A model generated the notes under the pieces. That model was not told the origin of the DNA. It saw only the letters and a program-made list of their open reading frames with translations, and did no database searches. The translations under genes were made by a program, and so were the position numbers. From Podarcis filfolensis (lineage: Eukaryota): a DNA stretch of 64,000 bases. The DNA is taken from assembly GCA_964270895.1 (NCBI GenBank), contig OZ185435.1; one strand, 5' to 3'. Each line of letters starts with the position of its first letter. Within the stretch, counting starts at the first letter, position 1. Positions 1 to 62,846 of this stretch are shown here, piece after piece.

Positions 1-74
1 CTGTCCTAGCCACACACACCTTCCTCTTTCCCCTGGCCACAGCCCTTATCCAGGCCTGCTCCACACCACCTCAG
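1..74 (+). CDS. PLEKHG3: Possible 3' end of the penultimate PLEKHG3 coding exon (partial)
   Basis: Frame starting at base 2 is open (CPSHTHLPLSPGHSPYPGLLHTTS-G) and ends at CAG|GTGCTC (GT 75-76) in phase 1, matching the phase-1 start of the exon at 687. The donor is only moderate and I cannot confirm homology. Confidence 0.45.
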
Positions 75-686
75 GTGCTCTTTCCTGACCAGATTGTGCC
101 CTTGAAGTGTGATAATGCCTCTTTTCTTGCCTGGCTAGAGAGGGCAGGGGGGATTATAACAACCTCTGAAATGTAGTTTACAGTGCAAAGGTAGGAGTCG
201 TTTCTGGCCCTTGAGCCGAGAAAGGTTTTCCACCCTGATTTAGCTTAATTCAATTAATTCCATTGCTTCTCCCTCTGTTGGAGAAGCCCCAGGTGCCCCA
301 TTCAGCTACTGTATATCTGAGATGGAATTGATAGAGGCCCCAGAGGGGATTGCAGAGGTAAACGGGGAGGGAACTTTCTGGCTTGGATATATCTGAACAC
401 GAAAGGTTTCCACTAGGACAAACCTCCACCTCTAGGATATTTTAACAAGGGTCCTCACCAAAGTGCCCAAGAACTTGGCAATTCTCAACTCCTCAAGCTG
501 AACAGTCTCTAGGAGCCTCTTTCCCTCCTTGCTGTTTTAAAGGGAAACAGCATAGCTGCTGTTCAGCCGACAAAAATGGAGCTGCTGAGATTGGGGAGTG
601 AGGGGGACCACTGTTGCAGCCTGCCCACCCAGCAAACCCCTTGCCTTATTGCTGCCTCACTCATTCCTTGCTGGTTTTTCTTCTAG

Positions 687-1495
687 GCAAACGGAAGCCA
701 GCCTTAACCCTCCCCAATACTTACGAGCAAGTTTTGCTGCAGGAGGCCAGCCCACTGACTCTCCCCACATCGTCAACCTCGTCCCTGGAGAAGTCCCCCA
801 AGCGCTTCTCTTTCAGCCCCTCCTCCAGCAGCCCGCGGCTTGCCTCCCCCACCAGCAGCACCCTGTCTTGCAGCCCCCTCAGCCCCGTCGTAGCTGAGAA
901 GTTCAACTGGCCAGACGTGCGGGAGCTCAGGTCCAAATATTCCTGTCCATCAGGGAATCAGAAGTGCAGGCCGCAACCCGTCAACAGGAGCCGCTCAGCC
1001 CCTGAAAAAATGGTGGATACAGCTGGTAGAGCTCTGGAGGAGCACCAGTGCTCCAAGAGGATTGTGAAGGCAGCGGACAAACCCCAGCAAGGGGGCATGC
1101 CAGGCTGCAAAAGGGAAGCTCCACCGGACTCCATCCTCCAGGGCCACGCCTGCGACGCGCACAAGGAATTGAGCGTTACGGCTGAGACCTCTCTGGAGAA
1201 CCGTCAGCGAGTGGTTGTCATGGAAAAGCTGCTGGATGTGACTGTCGACCCGGACGAGAGCTATGTGCAGATTCGCTCCCCTACGTCCCGGGAGAAGATC
1301 TCTCTCAAGGCCGTGGTGGAGAGGTGCAAGGCCTACCAGGACTCAGAAGAATACCGCAGGCGTGAGGAGGACCTCCAGGAAGCAGCTCCCCACAAAGCAC
1401 TTCAGCAGGTTTGCCGGGAGAAAACAGACAGCAGCCAGCAGAGCCTGGTAAAGAACCTGAGGGAGAAATTCCAGACCCTCAATTCCAACAGTTGA
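687..1495 (+). CDS. PLEKHG3: PLEKHG3 (PH and RhoGEF domain protein G3) terminal coding exon
   Basis: Acceptor ttttcttctAG at 685-686. Translation GKRKPALTL...FNWPDVRELRSKY...VNRSRSAPE...VTAETSLENRQRVVVMEK...YVQIRSPTSREKISLKAVVERCKAY...LVKNLREKFQTLNSNS* resembles the PLEKHG3 C-terminus. Stop TGA at 1493-1495. Convergent synteny with SPTB is as in mammals. Confidence 0.9.
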
Positions 1496-3555
1496 GCTCC
1501 TATGTCTGTTGCTCCCATGCTGCTAAGCCCTCTTTTATGAACTAGGATGGTTCTGGAGTGGACGTCATTTTCTCCCCCAGCTCCTTGAGAGGAGAAAGGA
1601 CGGGTGACAGTCTCTTCCTCCTCCTCCAACCTGGATTGCCACCTGGCTCATTGTGCTCCAACCTTCGTGTCCAGCTGCCTCTACCCTCTGGGAAGTTGCT
1701 GAGCTCATGGCTGTGCATTCTGAGCCAGGTGGTTGCTGTCCTTCATTGGCCACGCTGTTGGGAAGCACTCTTCACACATTTCCGGGAAGCACTGAGAAGC
1801 TTCCCATCAGGACAGGCATACCACAAATCAGAGACTCCTTTGCAGCTACCCGTATGGTCCACTAAGAAAAGGTGTTTCCTTTCCCTTCAAGACCAAATGC
1901 TTGCTTTGCCAAGCCACAGCAGAAATGAATGAGCCTTCTGTTGCTCAGTCTCATAGGCTAACCATAAGTTATTGTTCCAAATTATCTTTTGTCTTTACTT
2001 TTTTATTTTTAAGAGCGTGATTTTACTGTGGCTGGCAGAGGGTTGATCTAAGACTCCAGTTTGATAGTATATAATCTTAATAATATTGGTTGTGTACACA
2101 TTTCAGTCTGTACGCACTGTGCAATAACCACTTTTGACCAGAAAATGTGGCTGTGGTTTCTTCACTTGGAGGGGGGGGGGGAGGAATTGCAGCCTATGAT
2201 TTTTCACTGCAGAAGTAAGATTGAGAAGAGTCTTGAGCATCACAGAGCTCTCTTAAGTTCACTAGTGGCATGGGCTAACGCTAGTGTGGTTCTGATCCAC
2301 TATAGTGCCAGGAGGTCTTAAAAGACCTGCACATCCCTTGGTAGAAGATTTATTCTATTCACTGGTCAGGCTGGAAAGATCACTGTCCCCACCCCCATTA
2401 CTGGATGTCTTTAAGATGGGACACTTTGCCAAAGGAAGCAATGCAGCTCCACTAGAGGAGAGCTCTGAATGGAGAAATAGGAACAAGTCAGGAAAGTGCT
2501 GCAGCTGCCCAGTCTAATTATCGAATGTTGGGTTGAAGGGTAGGCAGTGATGGTTGAGAGAAGGGGGGCACAAACACATTCTGGATTTCAGGGGCAGGAT
2601 TCAGGGTGCAATAGTGGGTCTTCATCAGCTGGGGTGGGAAGTATTTGAGGTTATTTCTCCACCAAACAGCAGAGAAGCAATGCCCACCTTCTTAGGGTGA
2701 GTTTCAAACAACAGAAAATGTCAAGGGCCTGCTCCATTCCTCCCTCTGCCTGCCAAAGACTATCCTAGAGGTCCTTAGGCATCATCTCTGGACATGTTCA
2801 AGGATACTTTGCATTAAAAGCTATTCAAGATAACTTTTGGGGGTGCTCCCTTTTCTTTTGTAAGCTTGAAACGGTGTGGGTGTTCCAGGCAGCAAAATGA
2901 CTGCATAGTGTTTTGTTTTTCCTTAATTTTGACAAAATTTATCTATCGCTTGATTGTAAGGGGTTTACTGAGGGGTTTACAAAAATATAAACATTTAAAT
3001 TCTCAGTATGGACATTTTAAAACATCCAGAGCATTATTAAATATAACAGTAGCTGAAGAGAGAGAAAACACATGTAACTGCTCCATGTCTGGGTAGGCTT
3101 GCCTTAACAGAAATGTTTTAAGCAAGCGCCAAAAATAATATAGCCTGATGTCAATAGGAAGGGAGTTTCAAAGTGCAAGTGCTGCAATATGAAAAGGTGG
3201 ATTTCTTAAAAGTGCAGAAAAGGTCTTATGTTGCACCTGTAACAGCGGCAGTTCTGCAGACCCAAGCCATCAAGAAGGCACATGTGGGGTAAGGTGATCC
3301 TGCAAGTAAACTGGTCCCAATCCGGTAAAGGCTTTACGTACCAATAGTAACACTTTGAACTTGGCCTGTTAGAAAATGGACATCTAGAGTTTTGAGCAGA
3401 GGTGTTACACACAAGTGTCTTTAACCACACTGCAGGTAACTGTGGGTGAGCCCTTAACGAACAGAAATTGCACACAAAATCCAGGAGCCAATAAGGGTTT
3501 ATTTGTTCATTTATTAGAAAAATGTTATTAAATTGCTTCTGAAGCACATTCTGAA
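1496..3555 (+). other. PLEKHG3: PLEKHG3 3' UTR (end approximate)
   Basis: Follows the stop codon. Candidate ATTAAA signals at 2813-2818, 3036-3041 and 3527-3532. I found no plus-strand AATAAA before 8438. Confidence 0.5.
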
Positions 3556-4543
3556 GCTTTAGCTCTTTTCTCTGGACAGTGGAAGCACATTGGAGCAGGT
3601 GGAACTTGGTGCCTAGCTGTTTTTAAAAGAGTATGAACCCCCAAACCCTATAAACCTGTAGGAGAGGTCCTGGGCTACTTTAGCTGTTCTCCGTATCTCC
3701 AAGAAACAGCCCTTGCTCTTCTGAAGCAAACATGTTCTGGGCCTGGTGCATGTGGAGCTCCCTTCTGACAGGTCCTGACCTCTGCATTAGTAGTGGGGTC
3801 TTGGAGAGCTAAGCCTGATGGAGGAGCCGCTTGACGGAGGTGAAGTCGCTTTAGATCTAAGAAGGAAGAGCTAGGCGCAGCCAGGCACGGGAAGGCTGCA
3901 AGTTGCCAGACAGCAAATGGTTCCTGCTAGGGAAATGATAACACTCCCTGGGTCTGTAATGGGTAGGAGCACAATGCAGCGAGACATAATGGCACACCGA
4001 CAACGACTGCACTCGAAACGTGCCAAGCTGAAACCAAACAGAGGTCTGGGAGCACAGCTTATGGTGCTGTGCACAAGCAAAAGGTTAAAGAAACGGGGGA
4101 GCAGAACAAGTACACATAAGGTCTGAAGCAACTTCCTTATTTAGCACATAGCCTAGTATAGGGCAGTGGTCATACAGCAGGAATAGTCTCAAATAACATT
4201 GCAGCCTAGCTTTGTGTGTTTTCAGCTTCCTGAAAAAGAGCATTTTACCATACCTGAAACTCAGGAGTTGACAGGTGAAAATATCCTCCAGGAAGGGAAG
4301 GGATGGCTGAGCTTGCTAAAGCCAGAATGCTTATGAGGTCCCAAAGGTATATTTGTTGTACAATTGCAGTCGGGTAGCATGTTTAGTAAATATTTCTCTT
4401 CCTGGTGGCATTTGCTGGAGAATCGGCTCCTCCTAATTCTCATGTGCTTTGTTGTCTAAAAGAAAACGGTCACCCTAAACTTGCAGGATCCCTACTATTC
4501 CTTGCCTGGTGCCTCTCCTAGACAGAGCTGCCTCACATAAGAT

Positions 4544-4549
4544 TTTATT
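4544..4549 (-). terminator. SPTB: Candidate poly(A) signal AATAAA of the long SPTB isoform
   Basis: First minus-strand AATAAA (plus tttatt) I found after the stop at 8009, implying a 3' UTR of about 3.5 kb. Further copies lie at 3510-3515 and 3498-3503. Confidence 0.55.
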
Positions 4550-7500
4550 TTTTAAAAATCCCACAATGAAGTCAAAACATCCTGCTTTTTTCCCCTTTTC
4601 TTAGTTGAGCCATTCTGTGTTCACTTCAGCAGGCTGATAAAGTATATCTCTCCCCTATAAGCATGGACTGGAAGAGTGGAAAAAATACCACTTTGGGGGC
4701 ATTCAGATTGTAAGTATGGCAGGCAGTGCTTTCTTTTCTAGAAAAAAAGGTGCCAGTACTGCTCAGCTGCAAGCAGGGAGGCAGGCAGGCAGGGGGGACG
4801 GGACCTCTCTGCATGTGCTCAAAGACGCACTGCTCTTCCCCAGTGCTGGCATCATCGTCTGGGCACCAATGAACAGGCTGACGATAAGCAGCCCGCAGGT
4901 TTTCAGCACGGCTTTGCAAGGTCACCAGAAGAATGCCGATTCCAGGCAGGCTGGGGGCTCTTGTTCCTAAGAGTGCCCACTGTTTTTGCTAGAGAAGAGT
5001 TCCCTCTCCCTTTTGCACCTTTGAGGTCTCCCTAGCAATAACCATCAGTACCCTGGTGGAGAGAATCCTTCCATGTTTTAGCCTTGAAATGGAGCATAAA
5101 GGAATTCTGCTTAAATAGGCCTTGTTTCACATGTGCCTAAGCTAACTGCTTTCAGTGAGCTTTATCTGCACAGGCTAGGGCTGCATGCCTTGAATATCAG
5201 TGCTGTGGCAAATTATCCACAATATTTAAGTCTTTGTTGTAATAGCATGCTATATCACTGACTAGTTGACTGCTCTGACTGAGGGTCTTTACGGGCGCTG
5301 CTTGCTCTTCCTCTGGAAGCAAGAAAGGCTTATGGAAGCAGTGGAAGCTTCTCCATTAGAACTAATGGGGCTCTCATGGCCTTCCCACTTAGAACCAGTC
5401 AAGAGTGTGGCACTGCTCCTCAGTCTTGGTGTTGCACTTGTAGAACACAGTGGCAAAACCAGATTTAGTTGGCTCTAGCTAAGCCTACTGCAGGTCTCCT
5501 TGCCTTTTGCCCTATCAGCCCCCAATTGGCACCAGTTACCAGCATCATTGAGGGATGCTTAATTAGTAAGGCTGCCTGCTCGGCTTTTCAACTTTCTTCT
5601 CCACCTCCCCTTGCAATCATCCCTGCACCTACTGATTAATTTCATATTTAAAAATCCAATTTTGCAATATGTGGGTTGTGGTACAACCTGCTGTTCAGCA
5701 GTCACCTAGGTGTGCATCCTATTCTGAACATAAAAGGGGGAAGATCATCTTTTATGGCAGTGATGTTTTATAATGGCAGAAAGGAGAAGGCTGGCAGCTA
5801 AGCCGTCGTATAACTGCACTGGTAATGTTCAGTGGGGTTAATGCTACCAGACTCCACAACCTGGAACACTATAATTCAAAACCATTTAGATGTATTGGCT
5901 TTTCGAATGTAGCATTGTGGAAGAATCTGCTCTGCTCATCACAATAGTGAGGCAGCCGATTGTCAGCTACCCATTACAGCCCAGGAGATCTGGAAAAATT
6001 TAACACTTTTGAGACTTGACAAAAGGTAACATGTGGAAAAACCTCAAGCCTCAGCTGTTGGTGCCTGGATCCATGACAGTAAGTGTCAAGCCAAGCCCTG
6101 CTTTTTCCCACAGCTGTGGGTGTGAGGCAAAGACAGCCCCCCCCCCCCGGATCCCCATCTCTTTTGCTTAAAGAGACAGTTTCATAGCTTCCTTTTCGAG
6201 CGAGGAGAATCCAAACCAATCTGTTCATGGTGTTTACAGAGCCTGCGCACTCCTGGAGTGATGATAATGGGATGCCCCTAGGTTAAGGCACTTTTTGTAT
6301 GGTATATGGCACCCACAAAGAAAACATGATTTAGAAATTGCAATGAGCCCTAGGGGTGGGGTGCTCAAAAGACAACTGAAGAATGGGAGCCTGCTGTTTT
6401 CAGAATCCTTAGTATTACTATCGCTGCAAAGAGGCCATTGCAGGAAAGGCAATCTCCAGGCTCCACTCAATGTCAAAAGCAATTGGCTCTCCAGCAATAT
6501 GTTCCAAAAGAGCAAATAAGCTGAGCAGCCATCTGTCTTTGGGAGGGGGGATGATGAATTCCTTCCTTGGATAAGGGGCGTGTGAACTTTATCATAAGGT
6601 CAGAGCTAGATGTGCCTGTATATATTTTAAACAGCCATTCGGACACCCACACATCACAGGCAGAGGTCTCTGCAGAAGGGAGCAGTTGGGATTAAGACTG
6701 CATTTACAGTAACTGAGAAAGCCACACTCCATTCTACAGAAGTGTAAGCAGTGCAGTGGATTACCAAAGGCCATGCTTGGGCACAACGCATCCTTGGAGG
6801 GATAAGAGAGGAGCCATTTGCTTCTGGAGAGCTGAGCCAACACAGAACAGATGTTTACAGAAAGCTCAGGGGAGGGGAGGGCACCTGGATTCAGCCTAGT
6901 CACAAAGTTAACCCCGGCATAAATATAGTGGGGCTGATAAAAACCTCATTAAGTAATGTGGGGCACAATTCAGCAAAAGTTAATGGTGGCTAAAGTCCAC
7001 TGAAACCCAACAGGCTGCTTCTCAGTGGGGCGTAGCTGCAACTAACTTCAGCTTCGTTGTATTCCTAGTGCTTGCAGCGGGTGAGCAAACTTCCTCTCTT
7101 TTTCACAAACACACACACACATTTCTAACACATCTCCATTCTAACCAATTTAGTGCAGAAGTCTGAACATGGGTCATGCTCTCCTCTTTGGTTGCAACCC
7201 TGATTCATTTATAATCGAGCAAGGATTCCGCCATCAACGCAGTGGACTCTGGGTGGAACCTTTTGGTGAGAAAGTTCTGTGCTTTGTGACACGGTATTGT
7301 GCATGCGTGTGTGCGTACGTCACAGATGCCCCTGCAAAGAAGAGCATCAGACCTGCTGAAAAGAGAAAACTGACTTCCAGCATGAGGGTTGGATCTTGAT
7401 GCATGGTGTGCCTGTGCTATAGATGACGGTGAAATTCCACATGACGGTTCTATTCCAACAGACGATTTGGGAAAGCAGCTTCTGGGAACCAGGGCTTTTG

Positions 7501-8008
7501 GCAAGGAGCTGAGGTCATATTTTCCCCAAACTCCGAGATAAGCAGAATTGCTCCAGAGCCATCATGGTTTTCATTCAGTTCTCTTTTGGGGTGGGCTAGG
7601 TTCCTGCTTCACTCCTTTTTTCCATAAAAAGCCCCTGAAATCGACACACTGTCTTCTCCCCTGAAGCAGTTCTTTGTTCACAGAGAGGTGTACAAAGCAT
7701 GATCACGCACAAGGTCAGCCTTGCTGAACTCTGCATTCCCAATGAACCAACCAAGGACACACACCTCACAGCTCTGCTTGCAGCAGGGATGTTGCCTTGT
7801 TACCTGAAACACTGGCTTGATGCCCTGGGTTGTGTGGGGGAGAGAGATGGAGATGTGGTGGGAAATGAGAAGCAGGGCTGTGTTGTGGAGATGAGAACAG
7901 TGTTTTGAGTGGTGCCAGGAGTGCCCAGGGACACTCGGACATGCAGGTTTCCCCCCCATTATGCACATTAGAACATAGGCATCTGGCTGGACCAAGCCAC
8001 CTGTCTAG

Positions 8009-59223
<51,215 letters not shown>

Positions 59224-59274
59224 AGTTCTGGGCGTTTGGCTGCTGTTCTTGTTTTAGTTAGCATGAAAAGGCCC
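59224..59274 (-). other. SPTB: SPTB exon 2, 5' UTR part (51 nt), containing an upstream ATG
   Basis: Acceptor ctttgctttgcttcccttcAG at 59275-59276. A non-coding exon 1 must lie upstream; it was not confidently located. Confidence 0.8.
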
Positions 59275-60623
59275 CTGAAGGGAAGCAAAGCAAAGTGTTA
59301 CCTCTCCCAGGAAAACATGTTCTCAGTCTCCCACTGCCACCAAAACACACACATACACACACATATCTAAAAGCAAAACAAGACACCTCAAGATAATTCA
59401 AGCAAGCTGCAAGCCACAATTGCCGTTTACATATTTTTCTAACTCCCCGCTTCTGCACGTTATGAAATATTGCAGCAGCCACCAGCAGGGTATTTGAATG
59501 CATCAGAGTTAACTGTGCCCAGTAGGTGGGGATATAACTTACAGGAAGATTGCATTTCGCATAGCACAGCCTGCCTTTGTGTGGAGCTTTCAGAAAAACA
59601 TTCTGCTAGTCTCAGGATTTACTTTGAAGTGGAATCGATGCATCCCATGTGTGTATATTTTTCACGTTGTCCACATGAAACTGTCCTCATTCAAGTGGCA
59701 GCCTGTGCTGTTGTTGTTCTCCATCCTCCCAACTTTAATTGAGATTTTCCGGGGGGAGGGGGGAATCTAACATGTTTTTCATGTTACCCAACTGTGGACG
59801 TACTGAAGCACATTGTGTGGGTTATTTCAATGTGTGTTGGGACTATCCTCCCTACTTCCATTGGTGGACCGTTTGTGCATCTAGGCACAACACACACACT
59901 TTCTTATTTTTTAACCTACTGTTTTGTGCAAGTCTGTTACACTAGAAAACTTATAGTTCATTGATGTTGTTTTTCTTGTTTTGTTTTTTTGTTTGTTTTT
60001 TGTTGTTGTTGTTTTTAAAAATGGCAATGGACAAACAAATGCCTTTGTGCATGCCTAAAATAGAGCTCCTGTTTCTGGAACAGGGTGGGTGGGCTACTAG
60101 TGGGCTTGGCATGACACAGAAATGGAGTTGTGGACACTATATTCTCGAAAAGGGGGAAATGAATTCACACTGGGAAGAACACAGGAAGGGGCTAGAAGGA
60201 CTGGTCCTCTCTCTTTCTCACAATCCACATTTTCTGTCCTTTTTTGGGAGGGAAGACGTAACATGAATCCTGACTGCCTTCTTCAACCTTCTAAAAGATC
60301 AGAAAGAAAAACTCAGATAATGCACACAAGCGCAAGCTCTTTTGCAATCCTAGGCAAAATGTAAAACTTGATTTTCACCCTATACAATCTGCCATATCTT
60401 ATTGTATGCAAGGGTAGGGATTGTTTTCCCGCTAAAGGGATTTTCCTGCTTCAGCCCCCTTTCCCTGCTCCTTACAAGTGAATGGAGAAAACTTTGTTCC
60501 ATTCACCATGAAGCAACAGGAAAAAAGCTACAACCAGCAAATCCAGGAAGGAAGGGGTAAGGACACAAGGAAGGATAACCAAGTCCCAAACAGATTTGAC
60601 TATAGTCACGCAGAGGAACAGAG

Positions 60624-60675
60624 CCTCTGTCTTATCTGCACTGAGTCAACAGCACCTCTGTCTTATCTGCACTGA
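60624..60675. promoter_or_regulatory. Duplicated GATA motif pair with an AP-1 core (candidate erythroid enhancer)
   Basis: The 21-mer cctctgtcttatctgcactga occurs at 60624 and 60655, each with CTTATCTG; TGAGTCA at 60642-60648. Confidence 0.45.
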
Positions 60676-60719
60676 ATTTGTTCACCCACATTAATTCCTC
60701 AGGTTTGTTGCTTATATTG

Positions 60720-60850
60720 AGAGGTAGAGCTGCATTTCATCAGTGTATGGTGACACTTCAGCCTAAACTTCTGGATGACCATTCTCAGTAATTGCATACA
60801 GATATTAAAAAGCAATGGGGACAAGATGAAAACTTGTGGCACCCTGAATG
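60720..60850 (-). mobile_element. L2 LINE reverse-transcriptase fragment
   Basis: Minus-strand translation VPQVFILSPLLFNICMQLLRMVIQKFRLKCH / TDEMQLYL matches the GVPQGSILSP.LFNIYM...YADD.QLY motif. Confidence 0.75.
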
Positions 60851-62570
60851 CCAAAGGCTAGAAAGTCTATAATCTCCCAGCACCACCTTCTAGGATCAAT
60901 CCTCCACAATGATCAGAACCACTGCAAGACTGTGTTCCCTAATCCTACCACTACAATGTACCCAGAAAGATACCATAGTAAATTGCACTGGAAGTTATGT
61001 GAGAGGCCCAGGACAATCAACAAAATCACACTCATTATGTCCATTTACTGATATAGGTTACCCACTAACACAGGGACACCATCCTGATGTTCTCAAGTTG
61101 TTGTTGGGCTGCAACACCCATCAGCCCCAGCCAACATGGTCAGGGATAATGGGAGGTGTAACTATAACAACACTTTGAAGGCATTGCCTTGGCTACTTAT
61201 GCACTAATGCAATCAATACAGTTTCTATTCCAAAACCAGACATAAAACCAGTCCAGAAAGGATCTTAAAAATCAGTTTAATCCAGAAATACATGGAGTAG
61301 AGATGCCACAATACGCTAAAATATATTGCATAAAAACGGCATGTTCAAAATCAGGAAACAGTTACGCTCACTCAATTCCAAATTGGATTCCTACCCCTTT
61401 TTCTCCAGGAATCAGATCAGCATTTCCTTTCAGGGTGTTGGCACTACATTCCCCATCCAAAAAAATAAAAACAAAACCACCTCCAACTGTCTGAAAGAAT
61501 GAAACCAAAACACCTGCTCTGGTAGCTCTAATCCGTCAAGGTGGACTATATGCTTCTGATTATGCATTGCCAAATCAAATTGAAAATTTTGGAGAGGGGA
61601 TGCAATTTTTTGAGCCTTTAAATCCCTAATTTATAGCTGCTGACATTTTGGTGAAAGCAGGGCAGCTCAAGAAATCCCTGCATCCCCAACTGTCTACAAT
61701 GTTACAGATAAACTGTCCTTATAGCATTACAATCTATACAAGGCCTTCTACAAGAGAATGGACATACTCAAAACTTCCTCTTTCCTGAAACATTTGTAAA
61801 GACTGCAGTCCTGGACCAAATATGCTCTTTTAGGATTTCAAAACCAAACCAAACCAAAACATGCCACTAATGCTAAAATAGCAACACAGTTACCTGTTAT
61901 TGAAGATTTGCTTCTCTCCCTTGGCACTACTGTTTCTTGTAACACCTGTGATAAACTGAGGGAAGATAGGGCACAGAAACTGCATTATATACTGTTATAC
62001 TGCATAGTTTATCAGAATTCATTTTTTCCACTTTTTCTGATCAGTTTCTTTGGGATTTCCTTTGGTCATGGTAAGTGATGGAAAAATTTAAGAAAACTAA
62101 ACTAATGTGGCTAATTAATTTCTATCTGAACTTGGATAGAACCCATAGTTCTTTACAATCCCAACTAATACAATCCACTGAAATCAGCATGATCTAAGCA
62201 CAGTGTTATTTTATTTTTTATTTCAGTGAGACTTAAAGTGTGTTTCACTTTCTCTTAACTGTATCTTTTTTTTCTGCATGATGCTTCAAGCCAGGGGCTT
62301 TGCAGAACACAAGTAACACACATTTAATTGATCAGATCTTCTAAAGTGGAGAAATTGGCCCAGCAAACCTAAATGTGAAATTATGGCTAAGAGGCTATGT
62401 TTAAGCTGCTAATAAGGATTTAATGTCTCACACAATTTAGTAAGTGCTCATGTGATCCATGATTGCTGAGAGTATGGCCAAAAGACTAAAAAGTTCTGCT
62501 GGTGTGTTAGTGTTCTTCAATATTTACCAGACAAGACCCACATTCCCAATGTATCAGACGGAAGGAAAAG

Positions 62571-62846
62571 TTATCTTTCAGCTAGCCTATGAGAGGATGT
62601 TCTCCCCCATTTTATCTGTTTATTAGCCAGATTCCCAGCAAACAGTGGGAACATGTAAGGGTGGGAGACTCCACGAATAATGCTTATCTTTATTTTCATA
62701 TTTACCTCTTCCTCTGGGACAATATTTCTCAAAATCTGCTCACAGCTGCACTGTGGATAAACACCTTGTTCTCTCACATCTACTGCTCTCTTCTCCCACT
62801 CTGGTTCGAGCATCCCATGGTTGCTCTCCACAGCTTCTATTTATCT
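62571..62846. promoter_or_regulatory. GATA/CACCC motif cluster (candidate erythroid promoter or enhancer)
   Basis: TTATCT at 62571, 62612, 62684 and 62841; GGGTGGG at 62659-62665; E-box CAGCTG at 62743-62748. Confidence 0.45.

Noticed and set aside
598-686. Upstream part of the 293-aa ORF (614-686) as an N-terminus
   Set aside because: It is intron sequence ending in a pyrimidine tract and AG; homology starts at 687.
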